From positions 680,623 through 744,622 of the forward strand of contig OZ244856.1 of the NCBI GenBank assembly GCA_965220995.1: a DNA stretch of 64,000 nucleotides. Reading direction: 5' to 3'. This stretch comes from Acidimicrobiia bacterium (GTDB lineage: Bacteria > Actinomycetota > Acidimicrobiia > Spongiisociales > ZC4RG35). Positions within the stretch are counted from its first letter, which is position 1, and each line of letters starts with the position of its first letter. The notes under the pieces were generated by a model that saw only the letters and a program-made list of their open reading frames with translations, searched no databases and had not been told where the DNA came from. The translations under genes and the position numbers were made by a program. This document shows positions 1 through 9,564 of this stretch, piece by piece.

Positions 1-1
1 C

Positions 2-1156
2 ACCGTGGAGCTGATCTTCTCCCAGCCGGTGCCGGACATTCTGATTGATCTGGCCGCTCCGGGCGCCGCGATAACCAATGCCGCGGCCGTTGAGGCTCTG
101 GGTGAGGACGCCGGTCGGCAGCCCATCGGGACCGGACCGTTCATTTTCGAGGAGTGGGTGGAAGGAAGCCACATCTCGCTGGTCCGCAACCCGGACTGGA
201 CCTGGGGGGCCTTCTCCTTCTACGGCACCACCGGCCCGGCTCGCGCCGAACGGGTGGTGTTCCGGTTTATCCCCGACGATCAGGCCCGCACCGCGGCCCT
301 CTCCACCGGGGAAATTCATTTCCTCGATCTGGTTCCCTTCCAGAACATTGCACCTCTGGAGGCGTTGGACGGCATAACGGTGGAAGGGTTCTCCCTCCCC
401 GGTTTGCCGCAGGTCAACTACATCAACCCCAGCATCTCGCCCACTTCGGACATCCGGGTGCGCCAGGCAATTCTGCATGCGGTTGACCAGGACGCCATCG
501 TCCAGGCGGTGTTCTTCGGCCGGGCGCCTCGCGCCTACGGTCCGCTGTCCAGCGACTTCGCCGAATACGACCCGATCGTGGAGACCTATTACCCGTATGA
601 TCCGGCCCGCTCGGCGGAACTATTGGACGAGGCCGGCTGGACCTTGGACGAGGACGGAATTCGCCGCCAGAACGGGGAGCCCCTGATAGCCCGTATCATC
701 GAAAACCGCAGCTGGAACCCGTGGGTTACCCTGCTGCAGGCCCAGTTGCGGGAGATCGGTTTTGATGCGGAAGTGATCACCCTGGAGGGTGGCGGCTACT
801 TCCAGCAAACCGGAGAGACTCCCTATGAGTTGGCTTCCATGGGCGATGTGTTCGGATCGCCGGCCACCTTGTACAGGGACTTCCACTCCACCTCGATCGG
901 ACCCGGCAACATCAATGTCGGACACATTGACGATCCCAGGCTGGACGGCCTGCTGGAGGCCGCCTCCACCGAGGTGAACCTCGGGGAACGGGCCGCCATC
1001 CTTTCGGACATCCAGCGGTACATCATGGATCAGGCCTACATAGTTCCGATCATCGAGTTGCACTTCTTCACGGCGTTCTCCAACGCCTTGAGTGGGTTCT
1101 CGGTGGACGGAACCGGGTTCTACAAGTACTTCGCCGGAGCTTCGATCAGCCAATAG
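2..1156 (+). CDS. ABC transporter substrate-binding protein, family 5 (peptide/nickel/opine); 5' truncated by window edge
   Basis: PIGTGPFIFEEW, RVRQAI..AVD and YPYDPARSAELLDEAGW motifs; followed by two permeases; frame open to window start. Confidence 0.93.
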   Translation, partial: TVELIFSQPVPDILIDLAAPGAAITNAAAVEALGEDAGRQPIGTGPFIFEEWVEGSHISLVRNPDWTWGAFSFYGTTGPARAERVVFRFIPDDQARTAALSTGEIHFLDLVPFQNIAPLEALDGITVEGFSLPGLPQVNYINPSISPTSDIRVRQAILHAVDQDAIVQAVFFGRAPRAYGPLSSDFAEYDPIVETYYPYDPARSAELLDEAGWTLDEDGIRRQNGEPLIARIIENRSWNPWVTLLQAQLREIGFDAEVITLEGGGYFQQTGETPYELASMGDVFGSPATLYRDFHSTSIGPGNINVGHIDDPRLDGLLEAASTEVNLGERAAILSDIQRYIMDQAYIVPIIELHFFTAFSNALSGFSVDGTGFYKYFAGASISQ

Positions 1157-1174
1157 AGGGACTAACCGAGCACG

Positions 1175-1214
1175 ACAGGCTCAATGCCGGACTTCCCGGC
1201 ATTGAGCCTGTTTT
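1175..1214 (+). terminator. 16-bp perfect hairpin plus T-tract between SBP and permease (partial terminator or mRNA stabiliser)
   Basis: ACAGGCTCAATGCCGG-acttc-CCGGCATTGAGCCTGT followed by TTT. Confidence 0.8.
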
Positions 1215-1238
1215 CACAATCAAGCGGATGAACAAGCC

Positions 1239-2168
1239 TTGCTGAGATACGTTGTCAGCCGACTGGCCCTCACCATCCCGGTGTTGATAGGGGCGGCCAT
1301 GCTGATCTTTTTTTTGATGCAGTTGGTGCCCGGCGACGCCGTCTCGGCCATCATGGCGGGCGGGGCCAAACTCTCCCCCGAACAGCAGGAACAGATGCGA
1401 GAGGCGATGGGACTCAACCGCCCGGTCCTGGTCCAGTTGGGGGATTACCTGCTGGGATTGGTGCAGGGCGACTTGGGCCGCTCGGTCTCGGGACGCTCGG
1501 TGCTCAACCTGGTGGCGGCCCAGATACCCTCCACCCTGATCCTGGTGGCGGCCGGCATGATCGTCGCTTTGGTGGTCGGAATACCGCTCGGGGTGCTCGC
1601 CGCCCGACGACGAAACACCATGGTGGACACCGCCGCCATGGGAACCGCGGTGCTGGGACTGTCCATTCCCCAGTTCTGGCTGGGACTGATGCTTATCTTT
1701 CTGTTCGCGGTCAACTGGGGATGGTTTCCGGTCCTCAGTTCGGGAGGCTTTGACGGGCTGGTCCTGCCCGCCCTGTCCCTGGGACTGGCCGAGGCGGCCA
1801 TTCTGGCCCGCCTGGTGAGAAGCAGTCTGATCGAGTCCCTGGAACAGGATTACGTCACCACCGCCCGCGCCAAGGGGGCTTCCCGACGTCGGGTCACCTG
1901 GAGACATGGACTGCGCAACGCCCTGGTGCCGGTCGTAACCATGATCGGCCTGCAGATCGGGAACCTGCTGGGGGCGTCGGTGGTGATAGAGACGCTGTTC
2001 GGCCGTCAGGGGGTGGGGAAACTGGTGGTGGACAGTATCCTTCAACGGGAAATAGCGGTGCTGCAGGGGTCAATACTGATTCTGGCATTCATTTTCGTCC
2101 TGATAAACGTGGTGGTGGACATTCTCTACAAGGTCCTCGACCCCCGTGTGAAGCTGGGGACCGCCTGA
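1239..2168 (+). CDS. ABC transporter permease (DppB/OppB-like)
   Basis: GDLGRS, EAA-loop DYVTTARAKG, C-terminal LDPRV; hydrophobic helices. Confidence 0.93.
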   Translation: MLRYVVSRLALTIPVLIGAAMLIFFLMQLVPGDAVSAIMAGGAKLSPEQQEQMREAMGLNRPVLVQLGDYLLGLVQGDLGRSVSGRSVLNLVAAQIPSTLILVAAGMIVALVVGIPLGVLAARRRNTMVDTAAMGTAVLGLSIPQFWLGLMLIFLFAVNWGWFPVLSSGGFDGLVLPALSLGLAEAAILARLVRSSLIESLEQDYVTTARAKGASRRRVTWRHGLRNALVPVVTMIGLQIGNLLGASVVIETLFGRQGVGKLVVDSILQREIAVLQGSILILAFIFVLINVVVDILYKVLDPRVKLGTA

Positions 2169-2172
2169 ACTC

Positions 2173-3057
2173 GTGCTGGATTCGACCCCCATCCCCGCAT
2201 CCCCGGCCCCAACCCGCGCCAAGGTGTGGCGGCGGCTTGTTACCCATCGTTCGGTGGTGGTGGGGAGCATTCTTTTCGCAATTGTTCTGATCTCCGCCCT
2301 GTTCGCCTCCTGGCTGGCCCCCTTCGACCCGGTGGGCGCCGACCCGGTCAACGCCCTCCAGCCTCCCAACTCCAAAAACTGGATGGGCACCGATCAACTG
2401 GGGCGCGATGTCTTCAGCCGGGTGATACACGGCGCCCGACCCTCCCTGATCATGGGAGTCGCCCCCATGCTGATCTCTTCGGTCATCGGAACCGCAGCCG
2501 GGATGCTGATCGGTTACTACGGCAGGTGGGCCGACCTTATGATGACCCGTTTCGTGGACATAGCCTTGGCGTTTCCTCCCATCCTGTTGGCCCTGACGGT
2601 GGTGGCGGTGCTGGGACCGGGGCTGTGGAGCATCGCTTTGGCCCTGGGTCTTTCGGGAATTCCCTTCTATGTGCGGATGGCCCGTGGGCAGGTGATCGCC
2701 GCCAAGGAGGCCCCCTTCGTACAAACGGCTATCGCCATCGGCGCAAGTGACACCCGCGTGATGTTTCGCCACATCATCTACCGGGTGATGCCCCCCATCC
2801 TGGTGATGATGACCATCCATGTGGCCGGGGCGATCCTGGCCGGGGCGGCCATGAGTTTCTTGGGGCTGGGAATCCCCCCACCCACCCCCGAATGGGGGAA
2901 CATGATCCAGGACGGACGGAAATTCGTGGCGCTGTCGTGGTGGATGGCGTTTTTCCCCGGCGTGGCCCTAGCCGTCACCGTGTTCGCCACCAATCTGCTG
3001 GGGGACGGCCTGAGAGATGTACTGGACCCCCGATCCAAAGGAGAACCGATCAGATGA
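2173..3057 (+). CDS. ABC transporter permease (DppC/OppC-like)
   Basis: GTDQLGRDVFSR, SFLGLG..PPTPEWG, NLLGDGLRDVLDPR. Confidence 0.93.
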   Translation: MLDSTPIPASPAPTRAKVWRRLVTHRSVVVGSILFAIVLISALFASWLAPFDPVGADPVNALQPPNSKNWMGTDQLGRDVFSRVIHGARPSLIMGVAPMLISSVIGTAAGMLIGYYGRWADLMMTRFVDIALAFPPILLALTVVAVLGPGLWSIALALGLSGIPFYVRMARGQVIAAKEAPFVQTAIAIGASDTRVMFRHIIYRVMPPILVMMTIHVAGAILAGAAMSFLGLGIPPPTPEWGNMIQDGRKFVALSWWMAFFPGVALAVTVFATNLLGDGLRDVLDPRSKGEPIR

Positions 3058-3827
3058 AAGACCGGAAAGTGGCGGTGGTGACCGGCGGCGCCTCGGGAAT
3101 AGGAAGAGGCTGCGCGTTTCGGTTGGCTGCCGACGGGTACCGAGTGGCGGTGATCGACATCGACGCCGCGGGTGGACAGAAGGTGGTTAATCAAATCCGA
3201 GGGCACGGCGGGGAGACGTTTTTCATGGAAACCGACATCGGGGAACCGGACGCCTTTCCCAGGATCGTGGACGAGGTGTCGGAACGGTGGAACGCCCTAC
3301 ATGTGCTGGTGAACAACGCCGGCTTGGACTATCACGAGCCTCTGTCGGAGATGAGCGTGGAGGCCTGGGACAGATGCCTGGCCGTTGATCTGAGGAGCGT
3401 GGCCTTCTCCGGTCAGGCGGCGGCGGGGTTGCTGGCGGAATCGGGAGGAGGGGCGATCATCAACATCGCCTCGGTGATGGCCTGGTACACCTTTCCCGAA
3501 TACTCGGCCTATACCGCCTCCAAAGCCGGTCTCATAGGACTCACCAGGACCCTGGCTCTGGAACTGGGACCCCTGGGCATCAGGGTGAACGCCATCGCAC
3601 CGGGGTTTATAGACACCGGCGCCTGGGAACGGGTGCTGGCCGCCATGGAGAATGCCGAAAAGTTCGCGGCCTCCGTTTCCGCCCTCCATGCGCTCGGTCG
3701 AAGGGGGAAACCCGCCGACATAGCCGGGGCGGTGGCCTTTCTGGCCAGTGAGGATGCGAGTTTTATCACCGGCCAGACCCTGGTGGTGGACGGCGGCCTC
3801 ACCTCCCAGTTACGCACTCCCGCCTGA
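3054..3827 (+). CDS. SDR family NAD(P)-dependent oxidoreductase
   Basis: TGGASGIG, NNAG, YTASK; ATGA overlap with the permease stop places the start at 3054. Confidence 0.93.
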   Translation: MKDRKVAVVTGGASGIGRGCAFRLAADGYRVAVIDIDAAGGQKVVNQIRGHGGETFFMETDIGEPDAFPRIVDEVSERWNALHVLVNNAGLDYHEPLSEMSVEAWDRCLAVDLRSVAFSGQAAAGLLAESGGGAIINIASVMAWYTFPEYSAYTASKAGLIGLTRTLALELGPLGIRVNAIAPGFIDTGAWERVLAAMENAEKFAASVSALHALGRRGKPADIAGAVAFLASEDASFITGQTLVVDGGLTSQLRTPA

Positions 3828-3853
3828 CGGGGAAGTCCACTCCGGGCCTTGCC

Positions 3854-4282
3854 CTAATCGAGCAGCTCCAACAGCGCTATCAGAAGTGCAATAAAAGAGA
3901 ATCCAAAGGCCAGCCAACGATGCAGCCCCTTCTTCAGGTCTGCGATCTCCGACCGAAACTCGGTCCGCAGTTCGGATGTCTCCCCCCAAAACTCGGTCCG
4001 CAGGTTGGCAATCTCGGTCCGCAGGTTGGCAATCTCCGTCCTCAGTTCTGCTATTTCCAACCGCAGCTCAGCGATCTCCCCGCGCAGTTCCCCTGCCATT
4101 GTGGCTACCTCAACCCGGACCTTCTCAACTTCCAGCCGAACTTCGTGAATCTGCCTTTCCAACTCCCGGAAACGATCATTCGATTCAGGTTCCCGACCGT
4201 GGGCGATCCCCACCGGCCCGGATTCTCCGGTAGCAAGTCCTATCCGGCTTTCCTCGGCTTGGGTTTCTACTGAAGCCATCAC
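3854..4282 (-). CDS. Heptad-repeat coiled-coil protein with C-terminal membrane anchor (DUF1640/CCDC90-like)
   Basis: (E/N)LRTEIA repeats encoded by 21-bp tandem units; hydrophobic C-terminus; AGGAG RBS. Confidence 0.75.
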   Translation of the reverse strand: MMASVETQAEESRIGLATGESGPVGIAHGREPESNDRFRELERQIHEVRLEVEKVRVEVATMAGELRGEIAELRLEIAELRTEIANLRTEIANLRTEFWGETSELRTEFRSEIADLKKGLHRWLAFGFSFIALLIALLELLD

Positions 4283-4402
4283 GCTCCTCCCTCAGCTGAT
4301 CATCGGCGTGTCCACCGCACACCTGGCTCCCCGCCCAATATACCCGCCGCTTCGTAGTTATAAGCGTCCAAAAACAGCCTTCCCCTTCTCTGGGCGGTAG
4401 AG

Positions 4403-5428
4403 TTATTTCACAACCTGCAAAGCGCCTTTGCGCCAGGCGGTGATGTAGTTCATGCAGAATTCATCCCGTCCCAACAGCACATCTTCGGCCAGGCGGTAGG
4501 GCTCAGAATCCCGATCGGCCTTGAACACCTCGGCCAAAGGGTTCATGACCGGATCGATGATGCCGCTGTCTGCTCCGGCCTCCACCGCCAGATTGATGAA
4601 GACTGCGTTGATGAGTTTGCGGGCCGGGATACCGAAGGAAACATTGCTCATGCCTCCGGTTATGTGAATATCGGGGCCGAAACGGAGCCGCAGTGTCCGG
4701 ATCGCATCGAGAGTGTGCATGCCGAAGGCGCCGTCAACCGAAATGGGAAAAACCAGTGGATCGACGAAGATGTCGCTGATGCCGATTCCCGCCGCCAGAG
4801 CCTTTTCCACCATCTGCGAAGCGTTGTCGCTCCGTTCGGCGGCGTCCGAGGGCATACCTTCGGCCCCGGCCGCGGTGACGATCACCCGCGAACCGTACTC
4901 AGCCGCCAGTTCGACGGCCTCGGTTCGTTCCAGCGACGCGGAGTTGAGCATCGGACGCCCGTCCCCGACCGCGGCCTGAAGACCGGTCTCGATGACCGAG
5001 ATGTCGGAGGAATCAACCGAGATGGGTAGCTCGGTCACCGATCGAACGTACTCCACCAGCCAGGTCATGGCTCGACGTTGCTCGGCGGTGCGAAGCGAAA
5101 TCTCATCCACATTCACATCCAGGTAATGGGCCCCGGCCCGCTCCTGGTTGAGCACCACCGAGAGCAGGTACCGACGGCCGGTGTCCGCCGGCTCGCCACC
5201 ACCCATGGCGGCCTCCACCGCCAGGGCGATGTGTTTGATCCGGCCCTCCCGATATGCCTGTGTGGCGCGCATGGAATCGGAGATCGGCAGAAAACCGGGA
5301 TCGCCCTGCTCGGTTTCGAATACGACTCCCTCCACCCCCCCTCGGGTGGCGACCCGCTTTCCCTTGCGCAGGACGATCCGAGTGGTGTGGACGTTCTCTC
5401 CGATCACCGTGAATAGTGGGGAAGTCAT
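4403..5428 (-). CDS. Pterin-binding methyltransferase (methyl-corrinoid:tetrahydrofolate MT2, AcsE/MetH pterin domain-like)
   Basis: VIGENVH, YLDVNV, PISVDSS, IFVDPLV, GGMSNVSFG; TGATG coupling to upstream gene. Confidence 0.88.
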   Translation of the reverse strand: MTSPLFTVIGENVHTTRIVLRKGKRVATRGGVEGVVFETEQGDPGFLPISDSMRATQAYREGRIKHIALAVEAAMGGGEPADTGRRYLLSVVLNQERAGAHYLDVNVDEISLRTAEQRRAMTWLVEYVRSVTELPISVDSSDISVIETGLQAAVGDGRPMLNSASLERTEAVELAAEYGSRVIVTAAGAEGMPSDAAERSDNASQMVEKALAAGIGISDIFVDPLVFPISVDGAFGMHTLDAIRTLRLRFGPDIHITGGMSNVSFGIPARKLINAVFINLAVEAGADSGIIDPVMNPLAEVFKADRDSEPYRLAEDVLLGRDEFCMNYITAWRKGALQVVK

Positions 5429-7101
5429 CAAGCGGCTCCCTGTGGGGTGAGACTGAGGTTCGAGAGCGTGGAGGGCATCGGTTTGAGTTGGCATCCTTCC
5501 ACGAAGATATCAAAAAAATCCGGGGTGGTTTCCAGTTCGATGTGGGTGACCTGCTCGGCGAGTGCCTCCGCCCAGCGGCGTTTGCGGGTGGACAGCAACA
5601 GGGCGCGGGCGCCTTCCACCGCCGCATTGCCGACTTTCACCACCCTGTCTGTCGCCACCGGTGGGATCAGTCCGATATCGATGGCGTTGTCCACGTTGAG
5701 GTAGGTGGCAAACCCTCCCGCCAAATAGAGACGGTCGAGGTCGGCCGGCTCCACCCCGGCGGTGCGCATCACGATGTACTGCCCGCAATAGTTGGCGGCC
5801 TTGGCCTGAGCGAGATTGCTGGCGTCCTGGCGGGAAAAGGTGATGCCGCGCTCCGGCAGGATCTCGACGGAAAACTGCTTGGGGTTTCGAACAAAGGCGC
5901 CCAGGCGGTTCATCACCCCCACTCGACGGAGTTCGGCCAGGATGTCCACCAGGCCCGAGCCACAAATCCCCACGGCGGGCTGTGCGCCGATCGTCTCATA
6001 GGAAGAAGCGGTGGCGTCCGACGAGAGCCGGACCGATTCGATGGCGCCTTCATAGGCCCGCATCCCATAACTGATCAAGCCTCCCTCGAACGCCGGACCC
6101 GCCGGACAGGAAGCCGCCCACATACGCCCTTCGTGACTGAGGATCACTTCGGTGTTGGTGCCCATGTCCACCAACATCTCGGTCCGCCCGTCCTCTCCCA
6201 GCCGGACCGTATCGAGGCACGCCACCGCATCGGCGCCGACATGACTGGCCAACAGCGGTATCCCGTACACCCTGGCCTGCCGATTGGCCCGAAGACCCAA
6301 GGAGCGGCTCTCCGCCCAAATCCCGGTGTGGGGCCGCTGCCCGGCCAGGTAGTCGTGTTCGATGAGGGACTTGTAAGGCATCACTCCGATGCTTTGCACG
6401 CTCAGCCCGAACAGGAGGTCGCGCATGGTGGAATTGCCCGCCACCACGATCTCATAGATGGTGGGCGGACGGCGACCGGCCTCCCGGCACATGTCCCGGG
6501 TGGCCTGGTTTATGGCCGCCACCACCGCCTTGCGCAATTCGCCGGCCACCCCCGGGCGGGCCTCGTAGGAAATGCGATGCATCACGTCGCTGCCGCCGAA
6601 TTGCTGCGGATTTTCGAAGCTGGCCACCGCCAGGGTGGCCGCCGTTTCCAAATCCACCAGTTCCACGACCACCGTGGTGGTGCCCAGATCGATCGCCAGG
6701 CCGCAGATGGACCGCCGGTAGCGGTCGACCACCCGTTCCTCGTACATCACCTGGGCGCCGTCCCGGGTTACGGCAGGACGAAAGTCGACCGCCCGGCCGG
6801 GCCGGAAAGAACTGTCCTCCACAATCCTCGGACGACGACGGAGCGGTGCGAAGCTGACTGCCGGGCTTGCCCGCACAACCCGCGCCTGGCATGCCAGTCG
6901 GTAGGCGCCCCTCAGATACTGCTCCTCCTCGGTCCGTTCCGCCAGAGCCTCCATTCCCCGGGTGATCTCCACCACGCACTCGTGGCATTCTCCGCTACGC
7001 AGACAAGATGTGGCCAGCTCGATTTCCAGTTGGTCGGCGTAGTCGAAGATGGTCTTGCCCACCATCGGGAGGAGAGGTTCTCCACCATGGGAAGCGGTCA
7101 C
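5428..7101 (-). CDS. ASKHA-family reductive activator of corrinoid proteins (RACo/RamA-like) with N-terminal 2Fe-2S domain
   Basis: Cx4Cx2C...RLACQ; AIDLGTTT, DMGTNTE, GPAFEG, GICGSG, LAGGFA, VGNAA. Confidence 0.92.
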   Translation of the reverse strand: MTASHGGEPLLPMVGKTIFDYADQLEIELATSCLRSGECHECVVEITRGMEALAERTEEEQYLRGAYRLACQARVVRASPAVSFAPLRRRPRIVEDSSFRPGRAVDFRPAVTRDGAQVMYEERVVDRYRRSICGLAIDLGTTTVVVELVDLETAATLAVASFENPQQFGGSDVMHRISYEARPGVAGELRKAVVAAINQATRDMCREAGRRPPTIYEIVVAGNSTMRDLLFGLSVQSIGVMPYKSLIEHDYLAGQRPHTGIWAESRSLGLRANRQARVYGIPLLASHVGADAVACLDTVRLGEDGRTEMLVDMGTNTEVILSHEGRMWAASCPAGPAFEGGLISYGMRAYEGAIESVRLSSDATASSYETIGAQPAVGICGSGLVDILAELRRVGVMNRLGAFVRNPKQFSVEILPERGITFSRQDASNLAQAKAANYCGQYIVMRTAGVEPADLDRLYLAGGFATYLNVDNAIDIGLIPPVATDRVVKVGNAAVEGARALLLSTRKRRWAEALAEQVTHIELETTPDFFDIFVEGCQLKPMPSTLSNLSLTPQGAA

Positions 7102-7436
7102 TCCGGTTGACTCTCCCCGGGGCGGGCCCGGCGGCGGCGGGCGTCTCGCTTTATCCGAACAATCCTCTCCCGGGTCCGCTCCACTGCTCGAGGATTGGAC
7201 TCCCAGGCGCTTCGGTAGTCGAACTTGCCGTCGTGTCCGCAGGCCAGATCCTCGGGATCTCCTTTATCAGTGGGAAGCTGATTCCGACATCGGAAGAGTG
7301 CGGTGCACAGATCAAACCGGTCCCGGTAGGGGCAACGGGTGAGAATCGACTCCTCGGCGTGGGCCACGATGTCGGAAAAGATGGCGGCCATCCGCTCCAG
7401 CCGTTCTGCGAAGGCCTCCTGATCAGGATCGGACAT
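7098..7436 (-). CDS. Small four-cysteine hypothetical protein within the methyltransferase operon
   Basis: CPYR-x5-C-x4-C...C; overlaps the activator start (ATGA) and begins 10 bp after the corrinoid gene. Confidence 0.75.
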   Translation of the reverse strand: MSDPDQEAFAERLERMAAIFSDIVAHAEESILTRCPYRDRFDLCTALFRCRNQLPTDKGDPEDLACGHDGKFDYRSAWESNPRAVERTRERIVRIKRDARRRRARPGESQPE

Positions 7437-7445
7437 GTAGGCCCG

Positions 7446-8195
7446 TCAGCAGACCTCTACCGCGAGTTTCTTGGCAAGTTCCACACAGGCCAGGGCGTCC
7501 TTGCCGTAACCGTCGGCGCCCACGTCCTTGCCGAATTCGGGAGTGACCGGCGCGCCGCCCACCATGAACCGCACCCCGTCCCGCAGACCCTCGTCCACAA
7601 ACGCCTCCACCGTCTTCGCCATGTTGGGCATGGTGGTGGTCAGCAGAGCGGACATACCGATTATGTGAGCCTGGTGCTCTCTCACCGCTTCGATGAATTC
7701 GGCCGGCTTGGTGTTGACCCCCAGGTCGATCACGCTGAAGCCCCCTCCGCGCAGCAGCATTATGCACAGATTCTTGCCTATGTCGTGCAGATCGCCTTGG
7801 ACGGTGCCCATAATCACCGTGCCGATCGGCTCCACCCCCGAGGCGGCCAGGATCGGTTCGATGTGAGCCATCCCTGCTTTCATGGCCCGGGCGGAAATCA
7901 ATACCTCGGGAACGAAAACATAGCCTTCCCGGAATTTGATGCCCACGATTCCCATCCCGGCGATCAGCCCGTCATCCATGATTTCCAAGGCTCCCACTCC
8001 CTCGTCCAGGGCCTGGCGGGTGAGTGTGTCCACCGTGGACATGTCCCCATCGATCAACGCGGCGGCGATATTCTGCATCAGAGGCGACGCTCGGGTGAAG
8101 AGTCGTATGTTGCGTTCGATCTCTTCGGGCAACTCGAGGAATTCCTCGATCTCTTCCCGAATGAACTCGTTGGCTATATCAGATAGTTCAGGCAT
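7446..8195 (-). CDS. Corrinoid (B12-binding) protein, MttC/MtaC-like
   Basis: FVPEV cap domain, GDLHDIGKN (DxHxxG), MSALLTTT, VGGAP; start 8195 chosen from AGGGA RBS (alternative 8216). Confidence 0.93.
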   Translation of the reverse strand: MPELSDIANEFIREEIEEFLELPEEIERNIRLFTRASPLMQNIAAALIDGDMSTVDTLTRQALDEGVGALEIMDDGLIAGMGIVGIKFREGYVFVPEVLISARAMKAGMAHIEPILAASGVEPIGTVIMGTVQGDLHDIGKNLCIMLLRGGGFSVIDLGVNTKPAEFIEAVREHQAHIIGMSALLTTTMPNMAKTVEAFVDEGLRDGVRFMVGGAPVTPEFGKDVGADGYGKDALACVELAKKLAVEVC

Positions 8196-8239
8196 CAGTT
8201 CCCTATCTGCCGGCAAAACATAGTTGCATCAGAACGGCC

Positions 8240-9397
8240 TCACCGAACCTGGTTGTCGGTTTCTCGAAGGGGCGGATCATGGACCACCAACCGACTGTCG
8301 GGCCGGTGGGCGTTGGAATAGTCCCGAGCCGAGTCGGTGAGAGCCCGAAGCACTTCCATTTTGGTTCCAAGGGGCACAGAACCCTCCGGGGCTATGCCGT
8401 TCACCCCGGCCCGGAGCACCTTCATGCACGCCTCGTAGGTGTCGTCATAGGTGCCGCTGAACAGGGTGGTGGGATTGTTGATATTGCCCATCAGGGACAT
8501 CCGGTCACCGGTGATCTCCTTGGCGACATAGGGATCGACCTGGGACTCAAAATGAAAGCAATCCCAACCGGCCTCGGCGAAGTAATCGATCCGGTCGGTG
8601 GTCTCCCCACAGCAGTGAAAGACGCTGGGTCCACCCATCTCCACCGTCACCTGTTTGTGCATCTCCAACAGAAAATCCCGGTAGGTTTCGGGGCTCACCA
8701 GTTCGCGGTTGGCATGATCGGCCCACATAATGGCGTCGGCCCCCGCCTCCAGTTGAGCATGAGCCGACATCATTGCGGCCGGTAGCATCACTTCCAGGTA
8801 CCGGTGGATCTTGTCCGGGTCCAAGATGGTGTCCATCAGATAGTTCTCGATGCCCACCAAGTGGTACCCGATCGACCAGGGACCGTACACCTTGCCGACG
8901 ATCGCCACGTCCGGATAGCGTTTGCGAAGCAACCTGATGGCGCCCAGCACCGCTTGAAAGGACCGGCGTTTGAGATAGTCGGACGGTATCTTGAAGTCCT
9001 CGGGATCGGTGAGAACATGGTCGCTGGTGGCCGGCCAGTTGTCCACGGTCCCCCACCAGGTGGCCGCATCCAAGGCGTCCGCCTCCAACTGGGAATGGAA
9101 CACCGGCATGATGGTGTCAAGGCCCAGTTCCTCATAGGCGGTGGCCGCCAGGCGGGCCATCTGCTCGGCATCCAGATGCGCCTCGGGGAACCAGGCGTCG
9201 GCAATCTCCATCGCTTCCAGGGTGACCACCGAACTCAGGGTCATGGCGGGTACCTTGTCCACCCGGCCGCCGTACAGCGCCGACAGAAACCTCCGCCGAG
9301 GGGTCATCCATTCGCCGGTCAGTCGGGCGAAGTTCTCACCCCGAAGCTTTATCTTGGCCGGAGAAATGGCAAATCCTTTCCGCTTCCCGACCGGCAC
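8240..9397 (-). CDS. MtaA/CmuA-family methyltransferase (uroporphyrinogen decarboxylase fold)
   Basis: FPEAHLDAEQMARLA, GPWS, AGADAI, FHCCG, LMGNIN; first gene of the corrinoid cluster. Confidence 0.88.
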   Translation of the reverse strand: MPVGKRKGFAISPAKIKLRGENFARLTGEWMTPRRRFLSALYGGRVDKVPAMTLSSVVTLEAMEIADAWFPEAHLDAEQMARLAATAYEELGLDTIMPVFHSQLEADALDAATWWGTVDNWPATSDHVLTDPEDFKIPSDYLKRRSFQAVLGAIRLLRKRYPDVAIVGKVYGPWSIGYHLVGIENYLMDTILDPDKIHRYLEVMLPAAMMSAHAQLEAGADAIMWADHANRELVSPETYRDFLLEMHKQVTVEMGGPSVFHCCGETTDRIDYFAEAGWDCFHFESQVDPYVAKEITGDRMSLMGNINNPTTLFSGTYDDTYEACMKVLRAGVNGIAPEGSVPLGTKMEVLRALTDSARDYSNAHRPDSRLVVHDPPLRETDNQVR

Positions 9398-9564
9398 ATC
9401 CGAACCGGGTATCCGGGAAACTCTGACTTTCGATTATATAACAGGAAACCAGGTCGGCCACATGGCGACGCGCATCAAAGAGGCGTGGTGCTTGAGGGGC
9501 ACTGCTCGGGATCGCAACTAGTATCGGCTCAAATCTCGCGATCGGACCAAAAGGAGCACTCGCA

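Noticed and set aside
5416-8186. Long plus-strand ORFs (564 and 392 aa) opposite the methyltransferase operon, and similar shadow ORFs throughout
   Set aside because: Antisense frames of clear genes, caused by GC-rich codon bias
9398-9564. Possible cobalamin riboswitch ahead of the corrinoid cluster
   Set aside because: No B12-box or GCCACTG/GGGAAG core found on either strand
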